Assembly (NCBI GenBank): GCA_963668175.1
Contig: OY764159.1
Span: 448,001 to 512,000 of the forward strand
Source of the DNA: Syntrophales bacterium
GTDB taxonomy: Bacteria > Desulfobacterota > Syntrophia > Syntrophales > PHBD01
Reading direction: 5' to 3'
Length of the DNA: 64,000 nucleotides
The translations under genes and the position numbers were made by a program. The stretch's first letter is position 1. The number at the start of each line of letters is the position of its first letter. Shown here one piece after another: positions 41,300 to 50,722 of this stretch. A model generated the notes under the pieces. That model had not been told where the DNA came from. It saw only the letters and a program-made list of their open reading frames with translations, and did not search any database.

Positions 41300-43335
41300 C
41301 GAGAAGAAGAGGAGCCAGACTGTCCCAATTTTTGGATTCCCGTTTTTTCCGGTTTCTGGTGATTTTGGGTCTTTTCGGTGCGATCATCGCGGTGATCGGG
41401 GCGGGGCTCCTGTATTATTTCATCCTGAGGGAAATGCCCAGCGTCGATGTGCTGAAAGACTATCGGCCCAGTATCTCCACGCGGATATATGGCGACAATA
41501 ACGAGCTCATCGACGAATTCTTCACCGAAGACCGTAAAGTGATTAAAATAACAGATGTCCCGCCTGTCGTCATCCATGCCTTCGTCGCCTCGGAGGATTC
41601 GAGATTTTACCATCACAAAGGCTTCGATTTCATCAGCATGGTCAGGGCTTTGTTTAAGAACCTCGAAGCGGGAAGAACCGTCCAGGGAGGAAGCACGATC
41701 ACCCAGCAGGTGGCCAAAGCCATGTATCTCTCGCCGGAAAGGAGCTACGGCAGGAAAATGCGGGAGGTGATCCTGGCGTACAAGATCGATACCTACCTGA
41801 CGAAGGACGAAATCCTCTATCTGTATCTTAATCATATCTATCTCGGTCACGGTACGTACGGGGTAGAAGCGGCATCGGAGGCCTACTTCGGAAAGAGCGC
41901 CCGCCAGCTCACGCTGCCGGAAGCGGCCATCCTGGCGGGTTTGCCGCCGGCGCCCAATAAATATTCCCCCTATCTCCATTTCGACCGGGCGCGGCAGAGA
42001 CAGACGTATGTCTTGGAAAGAATGGTGGAAAGCGGCTTTATCTCGGAAGAAGAGAGAAAGCGCGCCCTGGCGACACCGATCGTGCTCCGCTCCGCCAAAC
42101 CCAAGGACAAGGTCGCCGCTTACTTTGTGGAAAACGTCCGGCGCTATATTCAGGAAAAATACGGCAGCGATGTCCTGTATAAAGAAGGGCTGGAAGTATA
42201 CACAACACTGAATATGAACATGCAGAAAGCCGCCAGGGACGCCGTCGAAAAAGGCCTCCAGGAACTGGAGAAGCGGGAAAAATTCACGCCGGGAGAGGTC
42301 CAGGGGGCGCTGTTGTGCATGGATGTGAAAACCGGTGCCATTCAGGCCATGGTCGGGGGCAGGGATTACGGCAAAAGCGAGTTCAACAGGGCAACGCAAA
42401 TGAAGAGACAGCCGGGATCATCCTTTAAACCGTTCATCTATACGGCGGCATTGGATAAAGAGATGACGCCGTCGACCCGGATCGATGATTCGCCGATCAT
42501 GTATCCCGATCCGTCCAAGCCGGACGGTTACTGGAAACCGAAAAACTTTGACGGCAAATTCCATGGCCCGACGACGTTAAGGGATGCGTTGATCCATTCC
42601 CGCAATATCGTGACCATCAAGATCCTCGAACGGATCGGGATCGATTACGTGGCCGCTTACGCATCCAACATGGGAATAGCCTCCAATATCGACAGAAATT
42701 TGAGCATGGCCTTGGGTTCATCCGTCGTGACGCTCCAGGAAATGGTCAGGGGGTACGGCGTTCTCGCCAACGGGGGCAAGAAAGTCGCGCCATATTTTAT
42801 CAAAAAAATCGTTGATCGCACCGGTCAGGTCTTCGAAGAGAATCAGCCCAAAGTCGAACAGGTCATTGACCCCAAGATCGCTTTCATCGCAAGCTACATC
42901 ATGGAAGGGGTCATTCAGAGCGGCACCGGCACCCGCGTCAAGAGCATCGGCAGACCGGCCGCGGGGAAAACGGGCACGACCAACGACATGAGGGATGCCT
43001 GGTTCTTCGGGTTCACTCCCTCCGTGGTTGCGGGCGTCTGGGTGGGTTTCGACCAGGAAAGATACCTGGGCAAGCAGGAGGTGGGGGGAAGGGCCGCAGC
43101 GCCGATCTGGCTCTATTTCATGGAAAAAGCCGTTCAGGGCATGCCGATCGAGAGCTTCCCGATTCCGGAAGGCATCGTTTTCGTCAAAGTCAATCCCAAA
43201 ACGGGCGCGCCGTCTGCTGACGGCTCGCTCTATGAGGCATTCCTGGAAGGAACGACCCCCAGCGGCGCCGTCATTACGGACATCCGGCAAATGAAAACCC
43301 CGCCGCCCGACGATGACGACGATTCGGGCTATTGA
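41296..43335 (+). CDS. mrcA: Class A penicillin-binding protein 1A
   Basis: SEDSRF, GGSTITQQ, RKMRE; SSFK, SRN and KTG transpeptidase motifs. Confidence 0.93.
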   Translation: MTRRRGARLSQFLDSRFFRFLVILGLFGAIIAVIGAGLLYYFILREMPSVDVLKDYRPSISTRIYGDNNELIDEFFTEDRKVIKITDVPPVVIHAFVASEDSRFYHHKGFDFISMVRALFKNLEAGRTVQGGSTITQQVAKAMYLSPERSYGRKMREVILAYKIDTYLTKDEILYLYLNHIYLGHGTYGVEAASEAYFGKSARQLTLPEAAILAGLPPAPNKYSPYLHFDRARQRQTYVLERMVESGFISEEERKRALATPIVLRSAKPKDKVAAYFVENVRRYIQEKYGSDVLYKEGLEVYTTLNMNMQKAARDAVEKGLQELEKREKFTPGEVQGALLCMDVKTGAIQAMVGGRDYGKSEFNRATQMKRQPGSSFKPFIYTAALDKEMTPSTRIDDSPIMYPDPSKPDGYWKPKNFDGKFHGPTTLRDALIHSRNIVTIKILERIGIDYVAAYASNMGIASNIDRNLSMALGSSVVTLQEMVRGYGVLANGGKKVAPYFIKKIVDRTGQVFEENQPKVEQVIDPKIAFIASYIMEGVIQSGTGTRVKSIGRPAAGKTGTTNDMRDAWFFGFTPSVVAGVWVGFDQERYLGKQEVGGRAAAPIWLYFMEKAVQGMPIESFPIPEGIVFVKVNPKTGAPSADGSLYEAFLEGTTPSGAVITDIRQMKTPPPDDDDDSGY

Positions 43336-43355
43336 CGGATTCGTGAAAAAGACCC

Positions 43356-43383
43356 TTGACAAAAGATGCCTCTTACATATAAA
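43356..43383 (+). promoter_or_regulatory. Candidate sigma70 promoter of ilv leader
   Basis: TTGACA (43356-61), 16 nt spacer, TATAAA (43378-83). Confidence 0.6.
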
Positions 43384-43411
43384 GGGTGAAAATTACATGT
43401 TAGGAATATTG

Positions 43412-43507
43412 ATGGCAATGAACAGGATAAAACGCAATAGGACAAACGTACCGGGCAGCGTAGCTGTAGTCGTCGTACATACGGGGACCGCCGCCTGGCT
43501 ATGCTGA
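43412..43507 (+). CDS. Val-rich attenuation leader peptide MAMNRIKRNRTNVPGSVAVVVVHTGTAAWLC
   Basis: AGGA RBS at 43402-05; GTA GCT GTA GTC GTC GTA run at 43460-77; lies directly upstream of terminator and ilvB. Alternative in-frame ATGs at 43397 and 43418. Confidence 0.75.
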   Translation: MAMNRIKRNRTNVPGSVAVVVVHTGTAAWLC

Positions 43508-43528
43508 TATCATGACATAGCTCACAAG

Positions 43529-43563
43529 AGCCGCGGGTCCCCTGAAAGCCCGCGGCTTTTTTT
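43529..43563 (+). terminator. Attenuator terminator
   Basis: AGCCGCGGG/CCCGCGGCT stem plus T run; its 5' arm overlaps GGTCCCC, which can alternatively pair with GGGGACC (43483-89). Confidence 0.85.
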
Positions 43564-43570
43564 ATGACCG

Positions 43571-43606
43571 AAGCCGCATCGAAAATTCATGCGGCTTTTT
43601 TATTTT
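43571..43606 (+). terminator. Second terminator-like hairpin in ilv leader
   Basis: AAGCCGCAT/ATGCGGCTT stem plus TTTTATTTT. Confidence 0.7.
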
Positions 43607-43634
43607 ATGCGACACGAAAGGAGTATGACGTAAC

Positions 43635-45299
43635 ATGGAAAAAATCGGCGCGGACATCATTGTTCAGGTCCTGAACGAGCAGGGAGTGGATACCATCTTC
43701 GGCTATCCCGGTGCCAATTCCCTGCCCCTTCACGACCGGTTGCTGGATTCGTCCATCAGACTGTACCTGACCCGCCACGAACAGGCAGCCGCCCATGCGG
43801 CAGACGGTTATGCCCGAGCGACGGGCAAGGTAGGCGTCTGCCTGTCCACCTCGGGACCGGGCGCCACCAACCTGGTAACCGGGATAGCAACGGCTTTCAT
43901 GGATTCGACGCCGATGGTAGCGCTCACCGCACAAGTCAATACAAACCTTTTGGGAAGAGATGCCTTTCAGGAAACGGATATTATCGGCGTCACGATTCCC
44001 ATCACCAAGCACAGCTACCAGATACGGGACGTCGACGACCTCGGCGCAACCTTAAGGGAGGCTTTCCATCTGGCCCACTCCGACCGGCCCGGGCCGGTCC
44101 TCGTCGATCTTCCCAGGGATATCCTGGTCGCAAAATGCGGACCGCAGGACGAAGCAGCCAACGGCAGACCGCAACCGACGTCACCGAACGGCCGCGAGGA
44201 CCTGGAAAAGATCGCCCGGGCCCTGAATATGTCGGAGAGACCGGTCATCATCTTCGGCGGCGGCGTGAAGCTCGGCAACGCCAGCGATGAAATGGGCGAA
44301 TTGGTGGAGAAGACCCAGATTCCTTTCGCCACAACCATGATGGGAGTGGGGTCCATCAACATCACCAACGGATTGAGTCTCGGATTCATCGGCACCCATG
44401 GCTACGAGCTCGCCAACCGCACCGTCCATCAGTCCGATTTCATCCTAGCAGTCGGTGTCCGCTTCACGGACCGCAGCACATCCGTTATTGAAGAGTTCGC
44501 CCCCCTGGCCAGCGTCGCCCAGATTGACATCGATCCGACATCTATCGGCAAGAACGTCAAGGTCGATATCCCCTTTATCGGCGATATCCGGGAAACCTTA
44601 CGGGGGCTCCTGCCGCTGGTCGAACGGAAGGAGCGGCCCGAATGGATGAAACGCATTAAAGATGCCCGGGAAGCCATCGACAAGGAATTGCCCGATAAGG
44701 GCTGCGGTGCGGCGGGTTATTTCATCCAAAAAGTGCAGGAGGCCATGCCGAAAGGCACCATCGCCGTTACCGATGTCGGCTTGAACCAGATATGGACCAT
44801 GCGCAACTGGCATCCCCAGACGCCTCGTTGCCTGTTGACCAGCGGGGGAATGGGCACTATGGGATTCAGTCTCCCTGCGGCAATCGGCGCTAAGGTGGGG
44901 GCGCCGGCGCGAAACGTCGTCGCCTTCACCGGAGACGGCGGCTTTTACATGAATATGCAGGAGCTATCAACGATCCGTTACTACCGGCTCCCGGTCAAGG
45001 TCGTCGTCTTCAACAACGGCCACCTCGGTATGATCCGTCAGCTCCAGTCGTTATTCTTCCAGGAACGCTTCACGCATATAGAACTCGGCGGGGATGTGGA
45101 TTTCGTCGCTATAGCCAAGGGATTCGGCATCCCGGCGGGACGCGTGCACGTCGACGGGCGGTTCGAGGAAGGCGTCGAAAAGATGTGCCGGACGGACGGG
45201 CCTTACTTCCTGGAGGCTGTCGTCGATCCGGATAATTATGTCTTCCCGATCATTCCCCCCGGCCGTTCCAACGTGGAGATGATTTTTGGACAGGATTGA
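43635..45299 (+). CDS. ilvB: Acetolactate synthase large subunit (divergent)
   Basis: RHEQAAAHAADGYAR, TSGPGATN, DAFQE, RPGPVLVDLP, GDGG..NN ThDP motif. Confidence 0.9.
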   Translation: MEKIGADIIVQVLNEQGVDTIFGYPGANSLPLHDRLLDSSIRLYLTRHEQAAAHAADGYARATGKVGVCLSTSGPGATNLVTGIATAFMDSTPMVALTAQVNTNLLGRDAFQETDIIGVTIPITKHSYQIRDVDDLGATLREAFHLAHSDRPGPVLVDLPRDILVAKCGPQDEAANGRPQPTSPNGREDLEKIARALNMSERPVIIFGGGVKLGNASDEMGELVEKTQIPFATTMMGVGSINITNGLSLGFIGTHGYELANRTVHQSDFILAVGVRFTDRSTSVIEEFAPLASVAQIDIDPTSIGKNVKVDIPFIGDIRETLRGLLPLVERKERPEWMKRIKDAREAIDKELPDKGCGAAGYFIQKVQEAMPKGTIAVTDVGLNQIWTMRNWHPQTPRCLLTSGGMGTMGFSLPAAIGAKVGAPARNVVAFTGDGGFYMNMQELSTIRYYRLPVKVVVFNNGHLGMIRQLQSLFFQERFTHIELGGDVDFVAIAKGFGIPAGRVHVDGRFEEGVEKMCRTDGPYFLEAVVDPDNYVFPIIPPGRSNVEMIFGQD

Positions 45300-45392
45300 G
45301 TCGCGACCCGGTCAAGAAAAGAACAAACCATGCCGTCCGATAACGGACCTGCATCTGTGATTCATTTATAAAGGGAAAGGTGGATAATCCTT

Positions 45393-45878
45393 ATGGTTGA
45401 AGAACATACCCTCTGCATGCTGGTGAACAACAAGCCCGGCGTTCTGTCCCGTCTTGCCGCCGTTTTCAGCCGGCAGGGTTACAACATCAAAACACTCTGC
45501 GTGGCTGAAACCACGAACACGGAAGTCTCCCGGGTCACCTTGACTGCCTGTGCGGAAAGCGATTTTACGGAGAAGATCAAGAAACAACTAAACAAACTAG
45601 TCGATATTATTGAAGTCCTTGACTATACGGGCGCAGGATTCGTTCACCGGGAAATGATGCTGATCGGCATTCCCGTCAAGCCCCAGGAGCGGGCGGAAAT
45701 CTTGAAAGCGATCGAGATATTCGGGTGTAAGATAACCACCATGAGCCCCGATTACTACGTCCTGGAAATCACCGGCTCCAAGGAAGAAACGGCAGCCGTC
45801 TATCAGTACCTTCAGGAACGCGGAGCAAACGAGGTCAACCGGACGGGTATCATATCCATTCCTAAGGTGCGGTCTTAA
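45393..45878 (+). CDS. ilvN: Acetolactate synthase small (regulatory ACT) subunit
   Basis: VNNKPGVLSR, GYNI, KQLNKLVDI, REMMLI, RTG. Confidence 0.92.
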   Translation: MVEEHTLCMLVNNKPGVLSRLAAVFSRQGYNIKTLCVAETTNTEVSRVTLTACAESDFTEKIKKQLNKLVDIIEVLDYTGAGFVHREMMLIGIPVKPQERAEILKAIEIFGCKITTMSPDYYVLEITGSKEETAAVYQYLQERGANEVNRTGIISIPKVRS

Positions 45879-45884
45879 ATCCGA

Positions 45885-48032
45885 TTAGTTTTTCAGGACA
45901 AACAGGGCATCGGCGATGACCGGTTTGGAACCGCTGATGATGATCGGGTTCAGGTCGATTTCCGCGATGTTTTCGTGCAGCAGGGCAATATGACTGATAC
46001 CCTGCAGGATATTGACCAGGGAGACCCTATCCACCGGGGGCATGCCCCTCAGGTTTCCAAGGAGTTCCTTGGCGCGGATATCGAAGAGCATTTCCTCGGC
46101 CTCGGTCGCGCTGAGCGGAGCGGAGCGGAAGACCGTATCCCGGATGACTTCCATGAAGATGCCTCCCAGGCCGAACAAGACGCAGGGACCGAAACCGGGG
46201 AAGCGGGACATTCCGGCCGTAAACTCACGGCTCCCCTTGACCATCTCTTGGACCAGGACCGGCATGTCGTCCCGCGAGGCCCGCCTTATGGCATGGAAGG
46301 CTTGGCGCACGCCGTCTTCCGTCTGAACATTCAAAGCGATGAGCCCCTTGCCGGTTTTATGCATGACCTCCCAGGAGCATGCCTTGACGGCTACGGGAAA
46401 CCCCATGTTCGCAGCGGCATAAACCGCTTCGCCTTCCGTATTCGCCAGGCTACCCCGGGCAACCGGCAGGCCGTAGGCCGAGAGAATCCTTTTCGATTCA
46501 TACTCGTCGAGGGCTTTCTTGCGTTTCTGCAGGGCAGCCTTGATGATCATATCCGTGGCGCTTATCGGGCGCGGCAAGACGGGCGCTACGATGTCTTTGC
46601 GCTCCCTGATCTCTTTGTAACGCAGAAGGGCCGCCATGGCTTCCGCCGCTTTTTCCGGCGCAAAGAAAACGGGAACATCGCCATTCATATAGGAATCCGT
46701 ATAGTGATCGTCCCGGTCGAAGAATGTAGAGATAATGAGGGGCTTGCCGTATTTCCGCGGAAGGGAAACCGTTTCGGCAAGGTCCTTCTTATACATCGCG
46801 ATAAACTGCTCCTCGGACAGGTCGGTCCACATAGGCGCAACCTGTGGATAAATCTCCTTCATGAATCCGGTGCTTATCGCCCCATGGACGATCACGCCGT
46901 CCACCTCGTCGCTCTTCATGAGCATCTCCGGGATCGTTGTCGAGAGCAAATCGGTGTCCAGGTTGAACGTGAGGTCGACCGGGTTGGCGCAGGAAGCATG
47001 GGCAGCGATCAGCGGCCGGATCTCTTCCTGCAGTTCGGCGGAAAGAGGCGGCACTTCGAGGCCTCCCTGATCGGCCGTATGAGACATCGCCGTACCGGGC
47101 CCCCCGGAATTGGTCACAATCCCCAATCGTTTACCCCGTAACGGCGGCGCTGTCGCGAGCGCCCAACCGCGGGCGTAAAGATCTTCGATGGAATGCACCC
47201 TGATAATCCCGGCCTGCCGGAACATGCCGTCATAAAGAATGTCGGGTCCCGCCATGGCCCCCGTATGGCTCAGCCCGGCCCTGGCCCCGGATTTGGAGCC
47301 ACCCACGTATTGGGCGACGATGGGTTTATAACGACTGATCCTTTGGGCGGATTCGATAAAGCGCCGGCCGTTGCGGATACCCTCGATATACAGGATGATG
47401 GCCCGGGTATGCTCATCCTCGCCGAGATATTCCATCACGTCGACGAGGTCGATATTGGCCTCGTTGCCGACGCTGACCGCTTTGCTGAACCGGATGCCCC
47501 GCTTTCTCAGGTAGGACAAGACCTGGGTGACATAGGTCCCGCTCTGGGAGGCGAGCCCCAGGAAGCCTTCGCGGGGGTCAAGCTGGGCAGTGGTCACGTT
47601 GAGAGAAATCTGGGTATTGACGATGCCCATGCAGTTCGGGCCGAGAAATCTTATCCCGTATTGTTCGGCGATGCGCTTAAGTTGCTCCTCTGCCGACCTG
47701 CCCTCTGCACCGGTTTCCCTGAACCCGGCCGTGATCACGATGGCCCTTTTGGTCCCGATTTTCCCGAAATCCTCCAGCAGGCCCACAACCTGGTCCGTCG
47801 GTACAATCAGGACGGCAAGGTCGGGCGGCTCGGGGAGATCGTGGACGGATGGATAAGCCTTGAGGCCCAAAACCGTAGAGTCGTGCGGATGTACGGGATA
47901 CAATTTTCCCCGGTACCCGTTTTTAATAATACTTAAGGCCTGGAGGGTGCCCATTTTCATGGGGTTGTTTCCCGCCCCCACCGTGGCGATTGAAGCCGGA
48001 TTGATTAAGAGTTGAAGTGGGTTTTCCTGCAT
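45885..48032 (-). CDS. ADP-forming acyl-CoA (acetate-CoA) ligase, fused alpha/beta
   Basis: YPVHP, LGPNCMG, SQSG, SHTGAMAG (phospho-His), NSGG, NPVDL, HKT, GPCVLFGLGG, EIDLNP; no GNAT domain. Confidence 0.9.
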   Translation of the reverse strand: MQENPLQLLINPASIATVGAGNNPMKMGTLQALSIIKNGYRGKLYPVHPHDSTVLGLKAYPSVHDLPEPPDLAVLIVPTDQVVGLLEDFGKIGTKRAIVITAGFRETGAEGRSAEEQLKRIAEQYGIRFLGPNCMGIVNTQISLNVTTAQLDPREGFLGLASQSGTYVTQVLSYLRKRGIRFSKAVSVGNEANIDLVDVMEYLGEDEHTRAIILYIEGIRNGRRFIESAQRISRYKPIVAQYVGGSKSGARAGLSHTGAMAGPDILYDGMFRQAGIIRVHSIEDLYARGWALATAPPLRGKRLGIVTNSGGPGTAMSHTADQGGLEVPPLSAELQEEIRPLIAAHASCANPVDLTFNLDTDLLSTTIPEMLMKSDEVDGVIVHGAISTGFMKEIYPQVAPMWTDLSEEQFIAMYKKDLAETVSLPRKYGKPLIISTFFDRDDHYTDSYMNGDVPVFFAPEKAAEAMAALLRYKEIRERKDIVAPVLPRPISATDMIIKAALQKRKKALDEYESKRILSAYGLPVARGSLANTEGEAVYAAANMGFPVAVKACSWEVMHKTGKGLIALNVQTEDGVRQAFHAIRRASRDDMPVLVQEMVKGSREFTAGMSRFPGFGPCVLFGLGGIFMEVIRDTVFRSAPLSATEAEEMLFDIRAKELLGNLRGMPPVDRVSLVNILQGISHIALLHENIAEIDLNPIIISGSKPVIADALFVLKN

Positions 48033-48056
48033 ATTGCTCCCTTATGATTCATTGAA

Positions 48057-48085
48057 TTTATAGGGAATCCGTCGATGCCTGTCAA
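48057..48085 (-). promoter_or_regulatory. Near-consensus sigma70 promoter of the ADP-forming ligase
   Basis: Minus strand: TTGACA (48085-80), 17 nt spacer, TATAAA (48062-57). Confidence 0.7.
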
Positions 48086-48162
48086 GGAATAAACATTAGG
48101 CTTTACAAAAGAACCCATTCACGATTAAATAAAAGAATATCGTCCAGAGGGGCTTGAGAATC

Positions 48163-49125
48163 ATGAAACCATTGATGCGGGAAGACTTGTGGGATATTGT
48201 CGTTATCGGCGGCGGACCCGCAGGCTATACGGCCGGCCTGTATGCCTCCCGGGCGGGCCTTAAGACCCTGCTCGTGGAAGGCGCTTCCTCCATAAGCCAG
48301 ATAACGGTCACGGATGAGATCGAGAATTACCCCGGCATGGCGGATGGCATCAACGGCTACGACCTTATCGAACGTTTCAAGCAACAGGTGGATAAATTCG
48401 GCGCAACGGTCGTAACGGGCGACATTGCCAAGATCGCCCCGGCGTCCTGGGGCGATGTCAGCGGCTGGACCATCGCCTCGGGTGGCACGGTATACGACAC
48501 CCTGGCGGTGATCGTCGCGACAGGAGCTTCATGGAGAAGGCTGGGGGCACCGGGCGAGGAAGCGCTGATCGGCAGGGGCGTTTCGTTCTGCGCTACCTGC
48601 GACGGACCTTTTTACAGAAACCGCGCCGTTGCCGTTGTCGGCGGCGGCAACGCAGCCATCCAGGAGGCCATATTCCTCACCAACTTTGCCAGCAAAGTCA
48701 CGGTGATCCATCGCCGGGACCGCTTGCGCGCCTCCGCGGTCCTGCAGAAGCGGGCCTTCGCCAATCCCAAAATCGAATTTGCCTGGGATTCGGTCGTCGA
48801 TGCGATTTCCGGTGAACAGGGCGTCGACGGGGTCGTCATCCGCAACACGAAAACGGGCGTGAAAACGCAACTGCCCCTGGACGGAGTCTTTATCTTCATC
48901 GGCCTTAATCCCAATGTCGATATCGTCCGGGGTCTGGTTGCCCTGGCCCCCAACGGCGCCATCGAGGTCGACCGGGACATGAGGACATCCGCAGCCGGGA
49001 TATTCGCCTGCGGGGATTGCATCGACAAGTCCCTCCGCCAGGTCGTTACGGCCTGCGGGGACGGCGCCACGGCGGCATACGCAGCCCAGCTCTATGTAGA
49101 GGACTTGAAAGGGGAATCCTACTGA
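48163..49125 (+). CDS. trxB: Thioredoxin-disulfide reductase
   Basis: GGGPAG, ENYPG, CATCDG, GGGNAA, HRRD, GIFACGD; start could be 48154, 48163 or 48175. Confidence 0.95.
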   Translation: MKPLMREDLWDIVVIGGGPAGYTAGLYASRAGLKTLLVEGASSISQITVTDEIENYPGMADGINGYDLIERFKQQVDKFGATVVTGDIAKIAPASWGDVSGWTIASGGTVYDTLAVIVATGASWRRLGAPGEEALIGRGVSFCATCDGPFYRNRAVAVVGGGNAAIQEAIFLTNFASKVTVIHRRDRLRASAVLQKRAFANPKIEFAWDSVVDAISGEQGVDGVVIRNTKTGVKTQLPLDGVFIFIGLNPNVDIVRGLVALAPNGAIEVDRDMRTSAAGIFACGDCIDKSLRQVVTACGDGATAAYAAQLYVEDLKGESY

Positions 49126-49127
49126 GC

Positions 49128-49991
49128 ATGGCATCGTTGACCGACACCTGGCAACACCTGCCCGAACATATCGACCCTAATCTCTTCGCCATAGGCTCCT
49201 TCCAGGTTCGTTACTACAGCCTCATGTACCTGGTCGCCTTATTCCTCACCTATCTTCTGACCATGTTGAGGATCAAGAGGGAAGGCTTCGCATATACTTC
49301 CGAAACGATTCAGGATGCCCTTGTCTGGGGTATGGTCGGCTTGATTCTCGGCGGGCGTCTCGGGTACGTCGTCTTTTACAACCTCGGCTATTATCTCCAC
49401 CATCCGCTGGAGATATTCCTGCCCTTCGAATTCTCCAATGGAATTCATTTCGTGGGTATCAGCGGCATGTCCTACCATGGCGGAGCCCTGGGGCTTCTGC
49501 TTGCCGTCTTCCTTTACTGCCGCAAACACGGAATCGACATCTGGCGGTTTATCGACCTTATCTGCCCGGCGTTCCCCCTGGGGTACACCTTCGGCAGAAT
49601 CGGAAACTTCATCAACGGGGAGCTTTACGGCCGCATAACGAATTCATCCTGGGGCATGTTCTTTCCCCTCGACCCAACCCACGCCCTTCGTCACCCCTCC
49701 CAGCTGTACGAAGCTTTTTTCGAAGGCGTCATTCTTTTTGCCGTCCTCTGGGGTATCCGACGAAAGAGCCCTTTCGACGGCTTCCTGTTGGCCGTGTATC
49801 TGATCGGCTACGGCCTGGTCCGCTTCTTCATCGAATTTTTCCGCGAGCCGGACGCCCAGCTCGGATTTGTGATCAGATCGCTCAGCATGGGGCAACTTCT
49901 GTGCATGGCCATGATCATCGCCGGCTTCAGCCTTTATATGATTCGCCGAGCGGCCAGCCGTCCCGCCGCCGGTCCAAGAAAAGCCGTCTGA
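49128..49991 (+). CDS. lgt: Prolipoprotein diacylglyceryl transferase
   Basis: RYYSLMY, GGRLGY, GMSYHGG, GRIGNFINGELYGR, HPSQLYE, EFFREPD. Confidence 0.96.
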   Translation: MASLTDTWQHLPEHIDPNLFAIGSFQVRYYSLMYLVALFLTYLLTMLRIKREGFAYTSETIQDALVWGMVGLILGGRLGYVVFYNLGYYLHHPLEIFLPFEFSNGIHFVGISGMSYHGGALGLLLAVFLYCRKHGIDIWRFIDLICPAFPLGYTFGRIGNFINGELYGRITNSSWGMFFPLDPTHALRHPSQLYEAFFEGVILFAVLWGIRRKSPFDGFLLAVYLIGYGLVRFFIEFFREPDAQLGFVIRSLSMGQLLCMAMIIAGFSLYMIRRAASRPAAGPRKAV

Positions 49992-50020
49992 CGCGGCCGG
50001 GATACGGCATCATCCCACGA

Positions 50021-50722
50021 TCACTCGATGCGCATCAGGGACTGCCAGCGCTCCCATTCCGTCTGAACGGGAAGCCCCCTCTTTCTCAGCACGGCGACAA
50101 TACTTTCTTCGTTGAAGCGGAAGTAAGGATTGACGAGCTTTTCGTCGGCTATTGTGGAATAGACATGGGCCGGGGCGTAGCGGCTGAGGAAGCGATCGAT
50201 TTCGACATTCTCCGGTTCCAGGTATTTGGCGAAGGCCATGGAATCCTTTACATAATCGTGGCCTGCATAAACGATTGTCTCCTCCGGCAGGGCCATGAGC
50301 CTCTTGATGGATTGATAGAAGCGCCGTATATCCCCAGTGAAGCAGTTGCCTATGGTCCCGTTAAAGAGCGTATCTCCGCCGATCAGGGTATTTTCGGCGT
50401 AAAAGCACCTGGAATCGTACGTGTGGCCGGGCGTATGGAGGACATGGACCGCCGACCCGCCCAGATCGATCCGGTATCCGTCGGGCAGATCTGCATCGGC
50501 CAAAAAGGTTGCCCCGCTGCTGCGCAGGAGGGTACCGTTTCCCGGCGTATGATCGGCATGATCATGCGTATTCGTGACGTAAACGAGCGTTAGCCCTCTC
50601 TCCCGCGAGAAAGAGAGCATTTCGCCGGCGGCACCGCCGTCTATCGCCAACGCCTGTTTTCCACCGTAAATGAGATAACTAAGATTGTCATGGGCATAAC
50701 GGAATTGCCGGATTTCAAGCAT
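50021..50722 (-). CDS. gloB: Hydroxyacylglutathione hydrolase-like metallo-beta-lactamase
   Basis: DNLSY, THDHADH, TPGHT, GDTLF, GHDY, STIADEKLVNPY. Confidence 0.82.
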   Translation of the reverse strand: MLEIRQFRYAHDNLSYLIYGGKQALAIDGGAAGEMLSFSRERGLTLVYVTNTHDHADHTPGNGTLLRSSGATFLADADLPDGYRIDLGGSAVHVLHTPGHTYDSRCFYAENTLIGGDTLFNGTIGNCFTGDIRRFYQSIKRLMALPEETIVYAGHDYVKDSMAFAKYLEPENVEIDRFLSRYAPAHVYSTIADEKLVNPYFRFNEESIVAVLRKRGLPVQTEWERWQSLMRIE

